A program made the position numbers and the translations under genes. A stretch of DNA of 63,953 nucleotides, filler included, from Basidiobolus ranarum (lineage: Eukaryota): NCBI GenBank assembly GCA_040143965.1. It is 3 parts of 3 records of this genome, joined end to end, with 100 filler letters (N's around TTAATTAATTAA, not from the genome) between each part and the next. Parts side by side here need not be neighbours in the genome. Positions count along the whole stretch, not along the records: positions 1 to 22,160 come from JASJQH010007067.1; 2 more parts are not named here. The stretch is one strand, 5' to 3'. Shown one piece after another: positions 1-16,100 of the stretch (position 1 is its first letter; each line of letters starts with the position of its first letter). The notes under the pieces were generated by a model. The model was not told the DNA's origin, did no database searches, and was given only the letters and a program-made list of their open reading frames with translations.

Positions 1-1396
1 GGCGAATAGAAGGGTCGAAGGAGTAGGTGAGTTTGATAGGTGAAGAGAAGAATATGATAGAATTAGTGCAGGTTGATTTAAACATTCCAAATACGACTCC
101 AACATGATAGGTTTCGATGTATGAGTTGTCTGATTTGTGTTGTTTGTGTCCATACTAATAATTGTGAACGAAGTTCCACTTTGGAACTTTTAACGAGTTT
201 ATGTTGATGCTAATGAGTAGTCTATATTATGTTGAAAAAGAGGATATCCCTCTGGTGTTTGAAATAGAGAAGTATGAGTGAACAAGGGAAGAAGCTACGA
301 AATTAGCCAAAAAAAGGGATTTTAGTGGATAAAATTGAATTGAAGTGAGTACATAATACAGCCAACATCTTTTAAAAATATATAAGATCTTTTACCTTGT
401 TAGCTCGCAATCGCCATAGCTTGGTCATCGCAGGCTAACTTTCATTGGACCATTTGAACATACTCTCATGAACATTATTCCCCATACCGGCTCATTAGTT
501 AATATTTGGTTAGATATCAAAAGTCGATAATTTCTCAGTGTCACATCATTAGCAATTTCGTTTGGCGTATACGGATGGATTCATTTCGACATTCCCTACA
601 TGGTCTAGAATAGTTACACGAGACATCCTTTAGGCCAAGCTTTTCTACGCAGCAGAGCCACAATCACGGTATGATAAATCCAATGCGATTGGGCTATTCA
701 TTGGGTTATTCACTGTCACTGATGTGAATAGTTATAGCCACATTAGTGAAACTTGGCCTGCCCTTGACCTGAGCATTGGCTGTGTATGTACTCCACCTTT
801 CCTATTTTAGCCAGTTTCTAATCAGCAGCGAAACTAATGTCACGAAGCATGTATATATATGGGATGTCTTAGGCTAGTCCGAATGGTCAGTGTTTGGTGG
901 TCCCTTTGGCCAGCGCTAGCTAGTCTGTATGGGCAGCGTTGGTATTGTTATTCTCAACGTCTCTCCTGATTTGCTGGCTTCGGCTATTGATTGTATTTGT
1001 CATAATCCATTGCAACTCAAACCCTATTGATACTGGACTGTTGTGAGGTGTGAGATCTCGTCGATGAGTCCCGTGATATGTCTCAGCATCCCATTGTTTT
1101 CAATTCAACTTGATTCACTCGTCACCCGCTAGTTGTTACCCGCCATCCGTCACCCGCAATCCTGCTTATTGTCAAGTAATGCGATTATAAAGGTTGGTGC
1201 GGATCCCATTGCTAGTCATAACACTGATCGAGGTGAAATAGATCCAAGATTTTATTGATTCTTATCGATTCTTATTGAATCAACCTATGAAACAGCAAAA
1301 TTCAAGCATGCGATAGGTAATATGAATGTATGCGTGATGCGTGATCAAGTATATTCTACTCTAGTAAAAGGAATGTTGTGTGATGAATGGCTCTGC

Positions 1397-2580
1397 TTAT
1401 TTTTTCAATTGATTCATGACTTCTTCTCTGAAATCTACGGCCACGGGTTTCTCGATACCTTCACCAACCTCGTACCTCACAAAGTCCAAAATACGAACTT
1501 TGCTATTCAGAGTTTTGGAGTAGTTCTCAACCACTTCCTGTACTGAGCCCCCGCCCATCATGAATCCTTGATTAAGGAGAACATTCTGCTCCAAGAACTC
1601 CTGTCTAGGCACATCTTCAGGAACAATGGCTAGGGATTCGCTTAAATATTTGGGATTGAATCCAACAACCTGGCGAGCCAACTGACGTGCGAATTTTTGA
1701 AGTTCCTCAGATTGTTCGAGCTTCTCGGCAACTCCTAAAACAACCAGAGCACCGATCTTACCAGTGTTCTGGTCTCCACCATGAATATACCCGGAAGTAA
1801 TAAGTTTCTCGCCTGATTCATTTGATACCCCAGTTGAAACAGCAACACGTCGAAGCACAATGTTCTCTCCAAGTTTTCCGATAGTCTCGGCGATTCCTTC
1901 TTGGACAGTGCCCTCAATGGCAGCCTCGGTACTAGAAGGGTGTGGCATAAGCGGTGCGTTTTGAAGACTCTCCAAAGAGGCTTCATTGATAGCTTTGAAT
2001 ACTTCTGAGCTATTGGGAGCTACATCTTGACCGAGTAAGAGAGCGGTGCTGGAAATGCGGGTGGCAAGTTGTTGGAACAATTCATTACGAGATACAAAAT
2101 CCGTTTCGCAACTCAACTATATAAACAAGTTATAGTTAGTTACAAAAGCTAATAAAATTCATTTTAAGTGAAAAAGAAACCCTAACTTACGTCAACAAGG
2201 GCGCCGGTTGAGGTAGTGCCAAATTCGGAGGTACTGTTATTCAAAACAAGTGCAACGAGACCTTCACTGGCTGTTCTACCAGCTAATTTTTCAGCTTTCT
2301 TGGCTCCACTGGCAATGGCATCTTCCTGAAGCCATTCCAAGGCTTTTTCATAGTCGTTCTCACTCTTTACAAGTGCTTCTTTGGCCTTAGTCATAGAAAC
2401 TTGGGTTTCTTGTCTTAACTTGGCTAACAACTTAATGTTAGGTTTTACAGCATCAAGGTTACAACTCATATGACTGAAAAGTCTGTTTTGTATTGGAAGC
2501 ATAACATTGGCTGAAGTATAGGTTAAACCTAAACGAGGTGTAAGGACATTAAGTCCGTTCCAAACGCGATTCATACTCAT
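1397..2580 (-). CDS. TSF1: Mitochondrial translation elongation factor Ts (2 exons: 2580-2191, 2116-1397)
   Basis: N-terminal targeting-like leader, then UBA-like KLRQETQVSMTKAKEAL and RTASEGLV. The GTAAGT..TATAG intron 2190-2117 joins ALVD|LSCETDFVSRN. Also GENIVLRR and a C-terminal FVRYEVGEG. Confidence 0.95.
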
Positions 2581-2843
2581 AGCTAGTGATACCCTTTAAG
2601 TTTTGACAAGAAAGACAATGTTCTATGAAATGGATCGTAGAATATAAATTTTTTACTTCGAATTGATTGATAAAACCTTAAATCATTCGTATTAATACTC
2701 GATTAAATTAAGTCACAAAGTTAAATCAACATATGAACCATAGCATGTACATCTCTAATGACTTTGGATTTTTCTAGATCAATTCTAATATTTAATTACC
2801 AGAATATTGTCGTTACCTTTAATCTCTTGTTAGTATTTCTACC

Positions 2844-4055
2844 ATGTCAACCTTAAACTATTCAAAGTGGGATAACCTGGAAATCTCTGACGACGAAGAC
2901 TTCGAATGTCATCCTAATGTGGATAAATCTTCTTTCATTCGATGGCGTCAAGCTGAAATTCATCGACAACGTCAAGAAAGACAAGATAATTTAACTGCAC
3001 TTCGTTCAGAAAATTCTATGAACAAGGAACTTCTTTCGCGTCTTTCAGACTTATCCGAAAAACTGGATACTGAAGGAATCTTATATTTCGCCCAACTTTT
3101 ACTAAAGCTCGAACAAAATCGAACCGATTCTAACAAAGAGACACCAAGTTATGATGATATGCTACTTGTATTATTGGGACAAATCATGGAGGAAGTAAAA
3201 CAGTATAGTAATCCTGAAAAGGAGAAACATATCAAAGAAAAAGTCAAGTTTCATTTGGGTAAATTATCAGAAGTGGACCAAAAATGTGTTAAGGAACTTG
3301 AAAAACTCGAGCAAGAGGATAAGAAGAAATTAACTTCTGAGAATGTGTGCCATACTGCCTTTGATAAAACCGTGAGTTAAGATATCTTTGTTTTAGTCAA
3401 TATATTGCTTATCTTTTTTTGTTCTAGATTATTTCCAAACCCAAACCGACGGAACCAGTTGAGAAAACTAAAGTCAAAACCATTGAAGTTCTTAATCCTG
3501 AGATTAATAAGAATCCCAATTCCTCAGAAATCAAAGTAACGCAACTCCAAAAATCTCTATATTTTCAGGGTATTTACCGTTTACTTTTAGACGTCAACTC
3601 TAGACGAAGAGGAGGACGATGAATACGAAGAAGTAGAAGCATCTGATGCCCTTATCGAGTTTGGTCTACAAACCGATTATAGCAAAAGTTATGAGTTGAT
3701 AAAAGCAGACCCAACCCTAGTTAGTGAGGCACATGCGGATGAACTTATGGCAGAAGCCTTTAAGTATCAGCTTTCGGATTTTTCTAATGAAGCACGTGCT
3801 TTTGTCCATCAATCATTAGTATTACAATATTGTGTCAAGCTAGGGTCGGATGGCATTGGCTTGTTCTTCCACCGGTAAACTTATTTACTCAACCACTTAA
3901 CTTCGAATATGTAGTTTATGACTTCTAATTTTGATATTTGTTATTCAAGGATGATTTCTGGCAATGAGCGAGCGATAAAATTCTTCCTTATCGATGTCGA
4001 AAAAACCTATTCTCACATTGTTGAGAGGTGCAAAGTATTGGCGCAAGAAGACTAA
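2844..4055 (+). CDS. CDC37: Hsp90 co-chaperone Cdc37 (4 exons: 2844-3371, 3428-3535, 3591-3874, 3950-4055; ~341 aa)
   Basis: N-terminal NYSKWDNLEISDDEDFECHPNVDKSSFIRWRQ signature and middle-domain VHQSLVLQYCVKLG..GIGLFFHRM. Canonical GT..AG introns keep frame to TAA at 4053-4055. Confidence 0.92.
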
Positions 4056-5606
4056 AGACCAACGTATTCCTTAGTCAAGTCATATCTATCCATAGTCACT
4101 CTCTGACACTACTGCACTTATAAACAAAATTGTAATCATTAGCTAATTGATATAAATACAAATCTACCAACAAAGTCTCCCCATTATCCATCCAAAGTAA
4201 TATCAACATTGGAGCTCACTCTAGGAACACTCACCAAGGCTCTGGCTGAAAAATGGTGAAGATCTTCACGACTGGTAGTGTTAATCTTATCTAAACTCAT
4301 CTTTCCTAAATATCAGCAATTAATCTTGGTGAACTAGTTTGCATACCAACCTAAATTTAGTCACCATCCCCCACCTCTCTCAGGTGGGATACTGGCCCGC
4401 CTGGTCTGATTTGGCCTTGATTAATATGAAATGTTCAAACCTTGGCCAGGTTTAATTGGCTATTGGTGCTGGCATGTTTGGGAATGATGTCCTGATTCTA
4501 AGAAATTCCTATAAACGTGAGCACAATATATTGTATGCTGCTAATTTGATCGCCATGATTGTGTTTTTTTCTCATTAATATTTAATAGACAAGCATGTTG
4601 TGTATTGTAGTTGATCAGTGTTCTAGCTTTGATAGCTTGACGTGAATATACTTTGTCTCTCCATAAATCAGATTAACTAGTGGTACAAGATACCCGCTAC
4701 CCGATACTTAAAGATCTCCACAGATAACGTCAATCAAGTTTGTGGTTAACTAAAATAGTTTTGTGGAAGGAAGTCGCGTAACTTTCGGGAAAACTGATTT
4801 TTACTCATTTTGAAGTAGCCTAAACCTTCCAATATATACCCAACTCTCAAGCCACCACCAAGTGTGCAAAATCAAACAAAATGGCCAGCGTTCAATCTAG
4901 TTGGTTTCAGGTTTATTTCTAGAATATGTAGTAGCTTCAAGTGTCAAGCTATCATCCGCTTTCGGAGCAATCTCGAATGGTATAATTTGACACCACGTTA
5001 TCGAAAACCTAATTGATATTCGTGTCTCAATATTTATATCATAATTGGGCTTGGAATTGGCAATTAAATACACATATCTGGCGTATAAACTAACTGTCAA
5101 CATAATGGGATGTCGTCTAGAGACGGAATCAAACCTTAATTGCCTAGAAGGATGTTCTGTGATTTCCACGCAACCCATGTCCGGACAACTTTGGTCAATC
5201 GTATATCCAGTAACGCTATATACAGTAACGCTGCGAAAAGCTCAACTAGGCAGCGAGGTAATTCAGAAGCCCCTTTTAATTATTTTGGGCCAGTCCAGAT
5301 GGAAATATTATCGCATTTTTGGAGATTCCATAGATTTGGTATGGTTTTCAGAAATCGATATTACTAATTTACTGGCCATTTTGTGCATTTGAATGAAAAG
5401 GCATACTTTTATATAATACGTCATTTCTATGTTTCCCGGATGAGTACTGTTCTGGAACCATCATGTAAAAACCGCGACCAAGGGATATACAAACAATATC
5501 TATCGAATCTCAGCCGATCAGGATTATGAGAATGCATTTCAATTGGTTGATCCCAATCAGAAATCAATACTCTTATTCTAATGCTTTCCGTGACGTGAGT
5601 AGATAG

Positions 5607-7382
<1,776 letters not shown>

Positions 7383-7738
7383 ATTACCCTAATTTACACC
7401 ATTGTAATCCAAACGTATCCAAATCGACACTACTTTTTTCTATCTCGTTAAGATTTCACAACCCTCTTCGAAGCACATTTTAACAACTGATGTACATTTC
7501 TCATACATAAACCGATTACCAACCCTAGTTACATCTTGCTCTATTTTAGATAGATTCCCTTACAAGAAAAGTAAATAAACTCCTCCCAACCAATATTATG
7601 TTCCATTTGCTAGATCTTGAAATTGGATCTGAGAAATATACTAGTAACAGGATTTTATTATTAAGTGAAGTGTGTGTCTAAGAAAATCTATGGTTTATGT
7701 AGTGCGTTAGGGCCTTAACCAGTGAGGGACAAAGGCAA

Positions 7739-9384
7739 TTATTCTTCCAAGGAATCGGTATCAGTGCAGGAATCGGTATCAGTGCAGGAATCTTCATCTG
7801 ATTCGGATGATTTAGCAGTAAAGAAATCCTGTTTGACAATGTAGCGAAGTGCTTGTAATATATAACTTCGTTCACGTTCAATCTCAGAGGAGAGAAGCTA
7901 TGGGAGGAGAAATCTGATAAATATGGATCATTTGACAACACAACAACCAAGGTGTTCATACCATCTTAAGGAGTCCAGGGCGTTGACGGAATTTGTCGGC
8001 TTTCTTATCTTGAGTTGACTTCTTAGATTCCTATTGATAAAGTAAATGAGTCATTCCATTCCCATTCCTACTCTCTCCACATTTCCTCTGAATTAACCTA
8101 CCTGCTTAACATGTTGAAATTTGCATTTATCTCCATGTCGGCACTTTCCACGTAAAAAGTATTTACATTTTCTAGTTGATTTTGAATTGATCGTTGTTGG
8201 AGTTTTAGAGGTGATAGCATCTTTCTCTGGATCCATATCTTCATTTGAAGATTCCCCATCACTAGAATTTCCATATCCTGCGATTAAATTCAAAGGATCA
8301 TTCGGTTGATCAGTATTCTTCTGTTCAGTATCCTAATAACCACCATATATCAGTAAATGTATGAACATAGCCATCATTAATAAAATATCCATACTTCAGT
8401 TTTAATTTTCTTTCTTGATTCTTTGTCCGATTTAGGATTTCTTTTTTTCTTATTATCTACGGGTTCACCACGTTCACGCTTATTATTTTCTTCCAATTCC
8501 TAAGTAGAATAAGTTCCATGTCAATTGAAAACAATCATTAGAGTAGTGTGAGGTAGGGTAGAGTAGAGTAGGGGCTTACCTTTTGACGAATATTAGAGTC
8601 AGTGGGATATTTCTTTTTTCTTTGCTCGATCCATTTAGCAATCTCCTCCGGTGTATCCAAAGAAATAGCTAAAGGTTTATAAGCCATGCTAAAGGGGACG
8701 ATAATTATGAGTAAATAAGTATATAAAAAAAAGAAGATTCACTAGAAAATATTCACATACTCTCCCTTATTATTAGCTTTTTTTATACCATGTATCACTT
8801 CTTTGTGGGTCGATAGTACTGGTTTACAAGCGGAGAAGCCACATTCGGTACAAGTTTGGTGAGATTTCAAATGTTTCTGATATTGAAAGTCTTTATGAAA
8901 ACTTTTATCACATGGTTCACAATAGAGTTGTTGACTAAAAAGAAGAGAAATTTTAAGTTAGGTAAACGTTTCTTTTTGAGAAGCAAAGGAAGAAAATTCC
9001 AAGTATAGTTTACCTATTTTGTGTTTGACTATAGTTATTCGGTGCTACGGCGCTTTGTCCATATTGCTCATATCCGCCAGACCAATCGTAGGCAGGATAT
9101 GGTTGAGGTGTGGCATACTCTTGATAACCATTTACCGCTGTTGGTTGAGATTGCTGAACAAAATTGGAAGGATTCGTTTGACCTAACAAGGGTCGTAAAG
9201 CCTGGTTTACAGGAGATTCATGAGAGTAATATAAAGCAGGGTTTGAATTCCAATTTTGAGTAGCATTATGTGGTTGAGTAGTTTGACCGAAAGAATTATT
9301 TTGTTTCCAAGGAGTACCCGCTACAGGAGGTGGGGGAGGTGGTGCCGAGTATTGTGGTGGTAGTGAATTATTATGATAACTCAT
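7739..9384 (-). CDS. NUFIP1/Rsa1-like box C/D snoRNP assembly factor with C2H2 and CCCH zinc fingers (7 exons: 9384-9014, 8934-8761, 8688-8580, 8499-8395, 8332-8102, 8030-7962, 7897-7739)
   Basis: The spliced product has a P/Q-rich N-terminus, CEPCDKSF..QKHLKSH (C2H2), the NUFIP1 motif LDTPEEIAKWIEQRKKKYPT, CKYFLRGKCRHGDKCKFQH (CCCH) and C-terminal LLSSEIERERSYILQALRYIV..FF. Confidence 0.85.
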
Positions 9385-12300
9385 TTTGTATTCAAGAAAA
9401 ATGATTGTTGTGAAAGTAATTCTATTACTTTGAAATTGATTATATGACTTGGTAAGGAATTTTTTTTTTCACATTTCTTTTTTATCTACAAATTTACCAG
9501 TCACGATACTCATCGTTGGTTACTCATTTTTACTGGTAAATCTCATGGATTATTTCAGTATCAGATCTGAAGAGAATGATGACTGTCTAAGCCACATAAG
9601 ATACAGAGTCAGTAAGTGAACTGCAGATCATTAGTTAGTTGAGCTAGTATCTTGAATTAGCTGTCTTGAACTTGTATTAGAAGTGGACTCACCTATAAAG
9701 AGCATAAGAATTTGCTACTTTGTATCCTAGGAAATATTACTATTTGACATTGTAGGCTTCAAAGCACTGAGGGGCAAGTGATTATTTTTGTCTATGATCC
9801 TCCAAAATAATCCATTTTTTAACACTTGTTATCACAAATGGTTTAAAGCGGCATTGTATTTAATATATTCTAAGGTAATTTGTTAAATATGACTAACAGT
9901 AGTAAAGAGACACACATACGCTCAGACTATAATTAGATTAACACCAATTCACACGGATGTTTCAGTCAATAAATTACATTCACCACAAGGAACGTTTGGT
10001 GCGATGTTTATTTGATTACCTCTGAATATGTATTCAGTTGTATACAATTGAAACGATGAATTTCGAATATTTGAATATACGCAGTTATGTCCGAGTATTA
10101 GCTACTATGTCTGAGTATAAGCTGTTGGATTGGAAAGTTTATTTGAAATTAACTCGGAGTGCTTTAATGAGGTGTTGGTTAAAATGGTTTCTTTCATGGT
10201 ACAAATATATGACCTAGACGCAATGTAGGTTAGCTTTATGAAGCAGGAGTTGCACATACTGAGCAAAACAAAGGATTGGGCGTCGAAGTCTAGAAAAATC
10301 CAAGGCGCTAAGTAACGTTCGAGGATAAACAATATCAGGATTTGTACCACACAAGTTATTCAAAAGTAAATGAACATAGTACTGAAATAACGTCGCTTAT
10401 CTTCAACATGAAACGGTGAGATGAACAGACCATCTAAACTCTTGGAAACTTTGGAGTGATTGAGGAATGTGACCAATTTCGAGAATTTCTATAACTCTCT
10501 CCCCATTTGGCGAATGTGTATGTCGGAGAAGTGCAGCCCTTGGTACATACTTGCACTCCCCGCTGTGGTTTTAGACTTACACACTACACACTACACCTAC
10601 ATCTACTTCCACATCCATCTGCGCTATCCCTATCCTAGCTAATCATAAAGTATACCCAATGGTTGCGCTGATGATGATTGTGGGGTGATCATGTCTTAGT
10701 TTCAGGGGAACATTGATACATCTTATTATTGCAGGCCAAAAAGGTAGAATTTTCCAAAAGAAGAATGAGCTAAAAATTCAGCTAATAATCGTGCAAAGAA
10801 AAAGACACGAATTAGCTCGTCAAACATTTTCCAAGTAAAGTTTACTGGTGTTTACGGGTGATGACATAGCCATCTAAAACTAGATTACATGACGCGGTAA
10901 TGTGAATGACTTGTGAACACCTACCCACATTATTGTTATGACGATCACCTTGGACGAAGAGCACAGTACGGACCGGGTCGTAATGAAATTAAGTGACATA
11001 TCCCTGTAATTGACTGCCTTTTGGATGATCGTTATGTTGCCTCAACCGTGTTCTAATTTTAGTTGTGAAAAAAATCGAGTTCCAAACGCAAGTGATTCAA
11101 TCCGAGATGGAAGACCCTTGGATTAGGTATCCTATGTTAGCATCCATGTTGCGCAGCCAGATATGGCTCAGGTAATGGGGAGGTGGAGTGCGCGGTAAAA
11201 TTGGAACATACCCGTTTCTTCTTGGTAATGCGAAATCCGAATTCGCCATCACCAAAGCTTTAAAATTGATTTTTCCTTCTCCATTTTTAACACGAGTTAA
11301 TTAATTGTTGGATTTTCTAGTAAATCCCAACAGGTTGAAGAAGCATGTGCCAACAGAACTGTCTAGACCCTCACTGTATTCATTTCATTGCCAATCAAGT
11401 GATCTTCTCTGATACACAGTGTAATATTGGGATTTTAGCAAAGGTCCGAATTTTCATATAGCTTTAACTCCATCAAACGCTACGTAAAATGGAACTTGGC
11501 TAGGGCTGGCACAGATAACGCAGTAGTTGCTCAAGTGTTTGTACTCCCGTTAGGCAAGAAATAAATTGAAACCTTTTTGCAAAGAAATCCTGAAAAAATC
11601 GCTACATTGAACTATCAACAGTTCAGGTTTATCTTGTTAGATATCTCTGATAAACCTTGCAGGCGACCACATTCCATAAACCGAATACGCATGTATCCAA
11701 ATAGAGTAGTTTTCACTTGAACCTGTTGTGCTTCTAAACCACATAATCTCGGAATTGGCAATTCTTGGAGAACAGCTTTGACACATATAAAGAATTTTGG
11801 TGTCAGGTACCTCTCAAGTGCTATTCAAAGTGAATTAGAGGTTGAATTTCTGCTAGTTCTACTCTATGCGAATATTCGATCGTATCATGCACTGGTATAG
11901 ACGCTTGTATTCCTTGAAGAGAAGAATACGGACATCGCTGCATAAATTACTGCTGCTGACGACAAAATCGACTAATTTCATCTTTAAATAGAACTCATGT
12001 ATGCATTGTATAATCGGTGGGGCCAACATCGATGCGGAAGTCCGAGGTCCAAAAAACAAGAGTATCACCGAAGTATGACCTCCAATGCTTGGTGTCTATA
12101 AAACAACCAGACGCAAAATATCCATACTAACCAACGTGTAACAGAGTATGCTAACCTGGGCTTCTTATTTTCTTGGACCATGTTCGGCATGCAGAGTGCA
12201 TAATTCTCTAGATCACTACCGGATCACTTATGGTAGCTATGGTAAATATGAGTGACACCAAGCAGGGAAGAGAATGATGTTTCTATCAGGAATTGGATTT

Positions 12301-13160
12301 CTAGTCTCAACTACATTCTTGTTTCCAATATGCTACTCGGAACAATACACGATCCGGATCTATTATTCGAATCCACCCACCTCCTCTTTTGATGAGATTG
12401 CATTACATGATTGTGATAGAATCGCGCTATGCAAATTTAGATGGTCCAATGCAGAGCAAGTGACTCTTCATGTTTTCGTTTGAACTATTCAGGTCATTGC
12501 CGGTGTACCAATAATGGCCAAATAAAAGGAAACGCTATTCAATGTTTGTCGTTTTCGTATAACCGATGGTTACACGGAAATTTGTTTTGATTTGTCCTTT
12601 TCCTCGAAATTGCTTTCGTATGTGGACATGTCTCTGTGCTATAATGAATTCAAGTGTTACAAAAATGCGATTATATTATTAGGGATCTTATATGAAACAT
12701 CACTTAACCTGACAACTAGGCCGTAAAGTGGCGATTTAGTATACCACACTCACATATATATTCGCTCGAGGCCGTCTCAATTGATTATTATACCAAATTA
12801 AGGGTTGCTGTGGACCATGTTAATGAGAACAGTCAGCGATATAAATGTGTCAATTACTTAAATGCTATGCAGGAACTCCCTAAGTTTGATGCGTATTTTT
12901 AATCTTCACTTTTTCGGTACTTGCAATTTTGTTCACATAGGCCCTTTAATTGTCCTTTCCTCTGCTTTAGTGTCGACCTTAACTCTTCTCTCTTCATCTC
13001 TTCTTTTCTCTTCCCCCTTCCTCTCCACTCCGCACCTTTCAAGTAGACTTATTCAATAAGCACTTCTATCAATATCCCTTAATTTCTAGTCTTTTCTCTT
13101 TTTCTATATTTCAAAGTCCCCGTCTCTGTACCTTTAGGTGTCATTTTCAATTCGGGTGCA

Positions 13161-16100
13161 ATGGCCGCACCGCTACCTGCAATGAATCTCTCGCGAGCTG
13201 CGACAACAAACGATATACACTCGGCACGTTTTTTGCTCGATGCCGGCCATTATCCCAACGAACATATATCATGGAATGTCGGATCCACTGTATCCCCCAT
13301 TTTATTCGTAGAAAACGAGGATCGTATGAATGATGGCGATTGTGGCTTTTATCAGTCCACACCACTCAATATCGCAGTATTCAGCGGACATGAACAAATG
13401 GTAGATTTGCTATTGGAAAGTGGAGCTGATCCTACACTTAAGGATAGCCTTGGCCGGTAATTTCTGATTCTCGGCTTGAGTGAGATTTTCAATTGGTCAT
13501 TAACTTTTGTACTCCCACTCCAATTTATAGGAACGCTCTAACTTGTGCAATATATGGAATTGATACTATGGAAGTTACTTCTGAAAATATCACCCAAGCC
13601 TCCTTCACACATCCAAGCCACTTGGCCATTCTACGTAAATTAATACCCACATTCAAGGCTTCTTACCTAAACGAACCTTGTCCCACTTTGAATGGGATTA
13701 CACCTCTTTGCCTAGCAAGTTACTTGGGTAAATACAAAGTCGTATTGGCGCTAATTGAAGAGGGTAAGGCTGACGTGGATTCTCCCGATTCCAATGGTGC
13801 AACCCCATTGATGTATGCAGGTAAATATCTAAATCTCTAGCCTGTATTCATGATGAAACCATCAAAGTAACGTTTTCTCTTTAGCTCGCGATGGTCATTC
13901 GAATATCGTACAGCTATTATTAGAATTCGGGGCTAGACCAGATTTAGTAGATTGCAATGCCTGGAGTTCGTTACAGTATGCGAGAGGATTTCCAGAGATC
14001 ACCATTTTACTTGAAGAAAATCTTCGACAGTCTAGACAAAATGTTCAGGTAATTTTCAAGTTAATTCATTACACACGTTAAGTGATACAATATAGTGATA
14101 CAAGAATTTGAACAGAAAAATCTATCTCTTTCTCATCATTTATCGGGGATTACAGCGGTTGTGTATCCAAACTTCCTTGGTAGACTTGCATCCCTGCTTT
14201 CGGACCTTCCATCTCCTAGAGTAGCCACCTTTTCCGAGTCAGATCAATGTGAGGACAAGGCAGTGGAGATATATGTAAGTAATAGAGAACGCATGGAAGC
14301 CATTAAGCGTAATGATCATTTAAGACTAGAGTCCCTTCTATTTTCATCGAACGGGAATACCTCATTTTTGGCCGACAATTCTATCAACCAACCTGACTCC
14401 AAATCAGGTTCAACTTTATTACATCACACAGCCAGGGTACGCCCTGTTCCTTCTCTGGAGAATATCGTATTACTTTATCAAGCTGGTGCAGATATCAACG
14501 CGCAAACATATGATGGGAGAACGGTGATTCATCATTTGTGTCGTTTTAAGAGAGCGAAGAGCAGGCGCCCTTCATCACTTCCTCTGCCCGACTCTAATGA
14601 ACATAAGGAGGGGAAGTCAGTTACTGCCGAGGAAATTCATGGTGAGCAGATTGCAAATTGTGCTGATCTGTTAATTCGTTTGGGTGCCTTGATAAATATC
14701 AAAGATAGATTAGGGAATACCCCTATTCATTACGCCGTACAAGCTGAAGACCGATTGGAACTTGTGAAAACGCTAGTTAAAGCTGGTGCTGATCTCAATA
14801 TCCGAAATAACAACGGGAAAACACCAGCCGAATGCGCCACTGATTACTGTACGCGAAAGATGTTATGGGAGGTAAATCCGCCCATGACAAAGCTGGAGAC
14901 AAATTTGATTCCCTTACATGGCTATCGTGTGGATAGTGGAAACGATATTTCTCCATTAGAAGTAAAAGATTCACTACTCAACTTGAAGAGATCTTCCGTC
15001 ATGACTTTAAGTGTCGGTTCTAACAGAAATAACTTTGCAGAATCTGACGCAAATCTTCGTCGTTGGAATTCCACACGAACCATCAAAGGAAATAAGAAAC
15101 ATTTTTCTTTGTCGGTGATTTCTAAAATGCTCCGGGAGAATGGAAAGAAGCAAGGCTCTGTTGTCTCTCAACGAGATTCACGCGGCTCTTTGGGGGTTAG
15201 TTTCCCAGAGAGTGATAGAAGCGACGCGTCCGATGAGGAGCTTGAAGACCCAGTGTACGTTGGTGAAGGTATTATGTCGCCACGGGCAGCTATTCAAGCT
15301 AAACAACAAAACCGTATATCTCCAAGGATCAACGATTATAAGCGAGCTTCATCAATATCTTTGCTAACACGGATATGGAAGGATCAAAATAACGGAGAGG
15401 GCCAAAAGTCAAAACGAGCAAGTAGGACGGTCACCATAATGGAGGAGCATCCCAATACAACTCCAAACATTAGAGTGTCAAGTTTGTCTTCCTCTTCGAG
15501 TAGTAACCCTACTTTTATCGTTACTAATTCCGATCAAGATGATAAGCTTTCAATTATCACTGATGCGTCCTCAATAACTAGTGAATCTAGCGAAGAGTTC
15601 ACCACCTCAACGAACGAGAAGTCTAGAAGTTTGTATGTTAAACCTATTGAATCAATCTCATCATGTGACGTTTATGATGTGTCTGAGACAGTCCAATATC
15701 CAAATTGTAGAGCCAGCCAGGTCATTCCTCTTAGCACCTCGGATCTCAAACCTGTGTATATGCATGACGTGAATAGCATGTCTATTTCTTGTCCAGATTT
15801 CAAGACACACCATAGTATGAGCCAAGATCTTTCGGTGTCCTTTAAAACGGAGGGAAAGTCTTCGATCTCCGAGAAAAGGTCTCGCCCGAATTCAATTCTG
15901 CATGTATCTGACGAGATTGAGATTCAATTCCATCAAGTGATCAAAGATTTTAGAACATTTGATAGTTCTGTGTCTTCCTCGATTGAGGGGACGCTACAGT
16001 TAATCGCCGAGCATATACTTCTTCCTTCTCCAAAGACCCTACAACTGGCAGAAAATGGATCAGAAACAGCATCACCGCAGCAGCATTACATGATAAACTT

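Noticed and set aside
9400-13100. Short ORFs in long intergenic stretches (also 52000-55000 and 62000-63953)
   Set aside because: No homology cues, codon bias or consistent splice structure.
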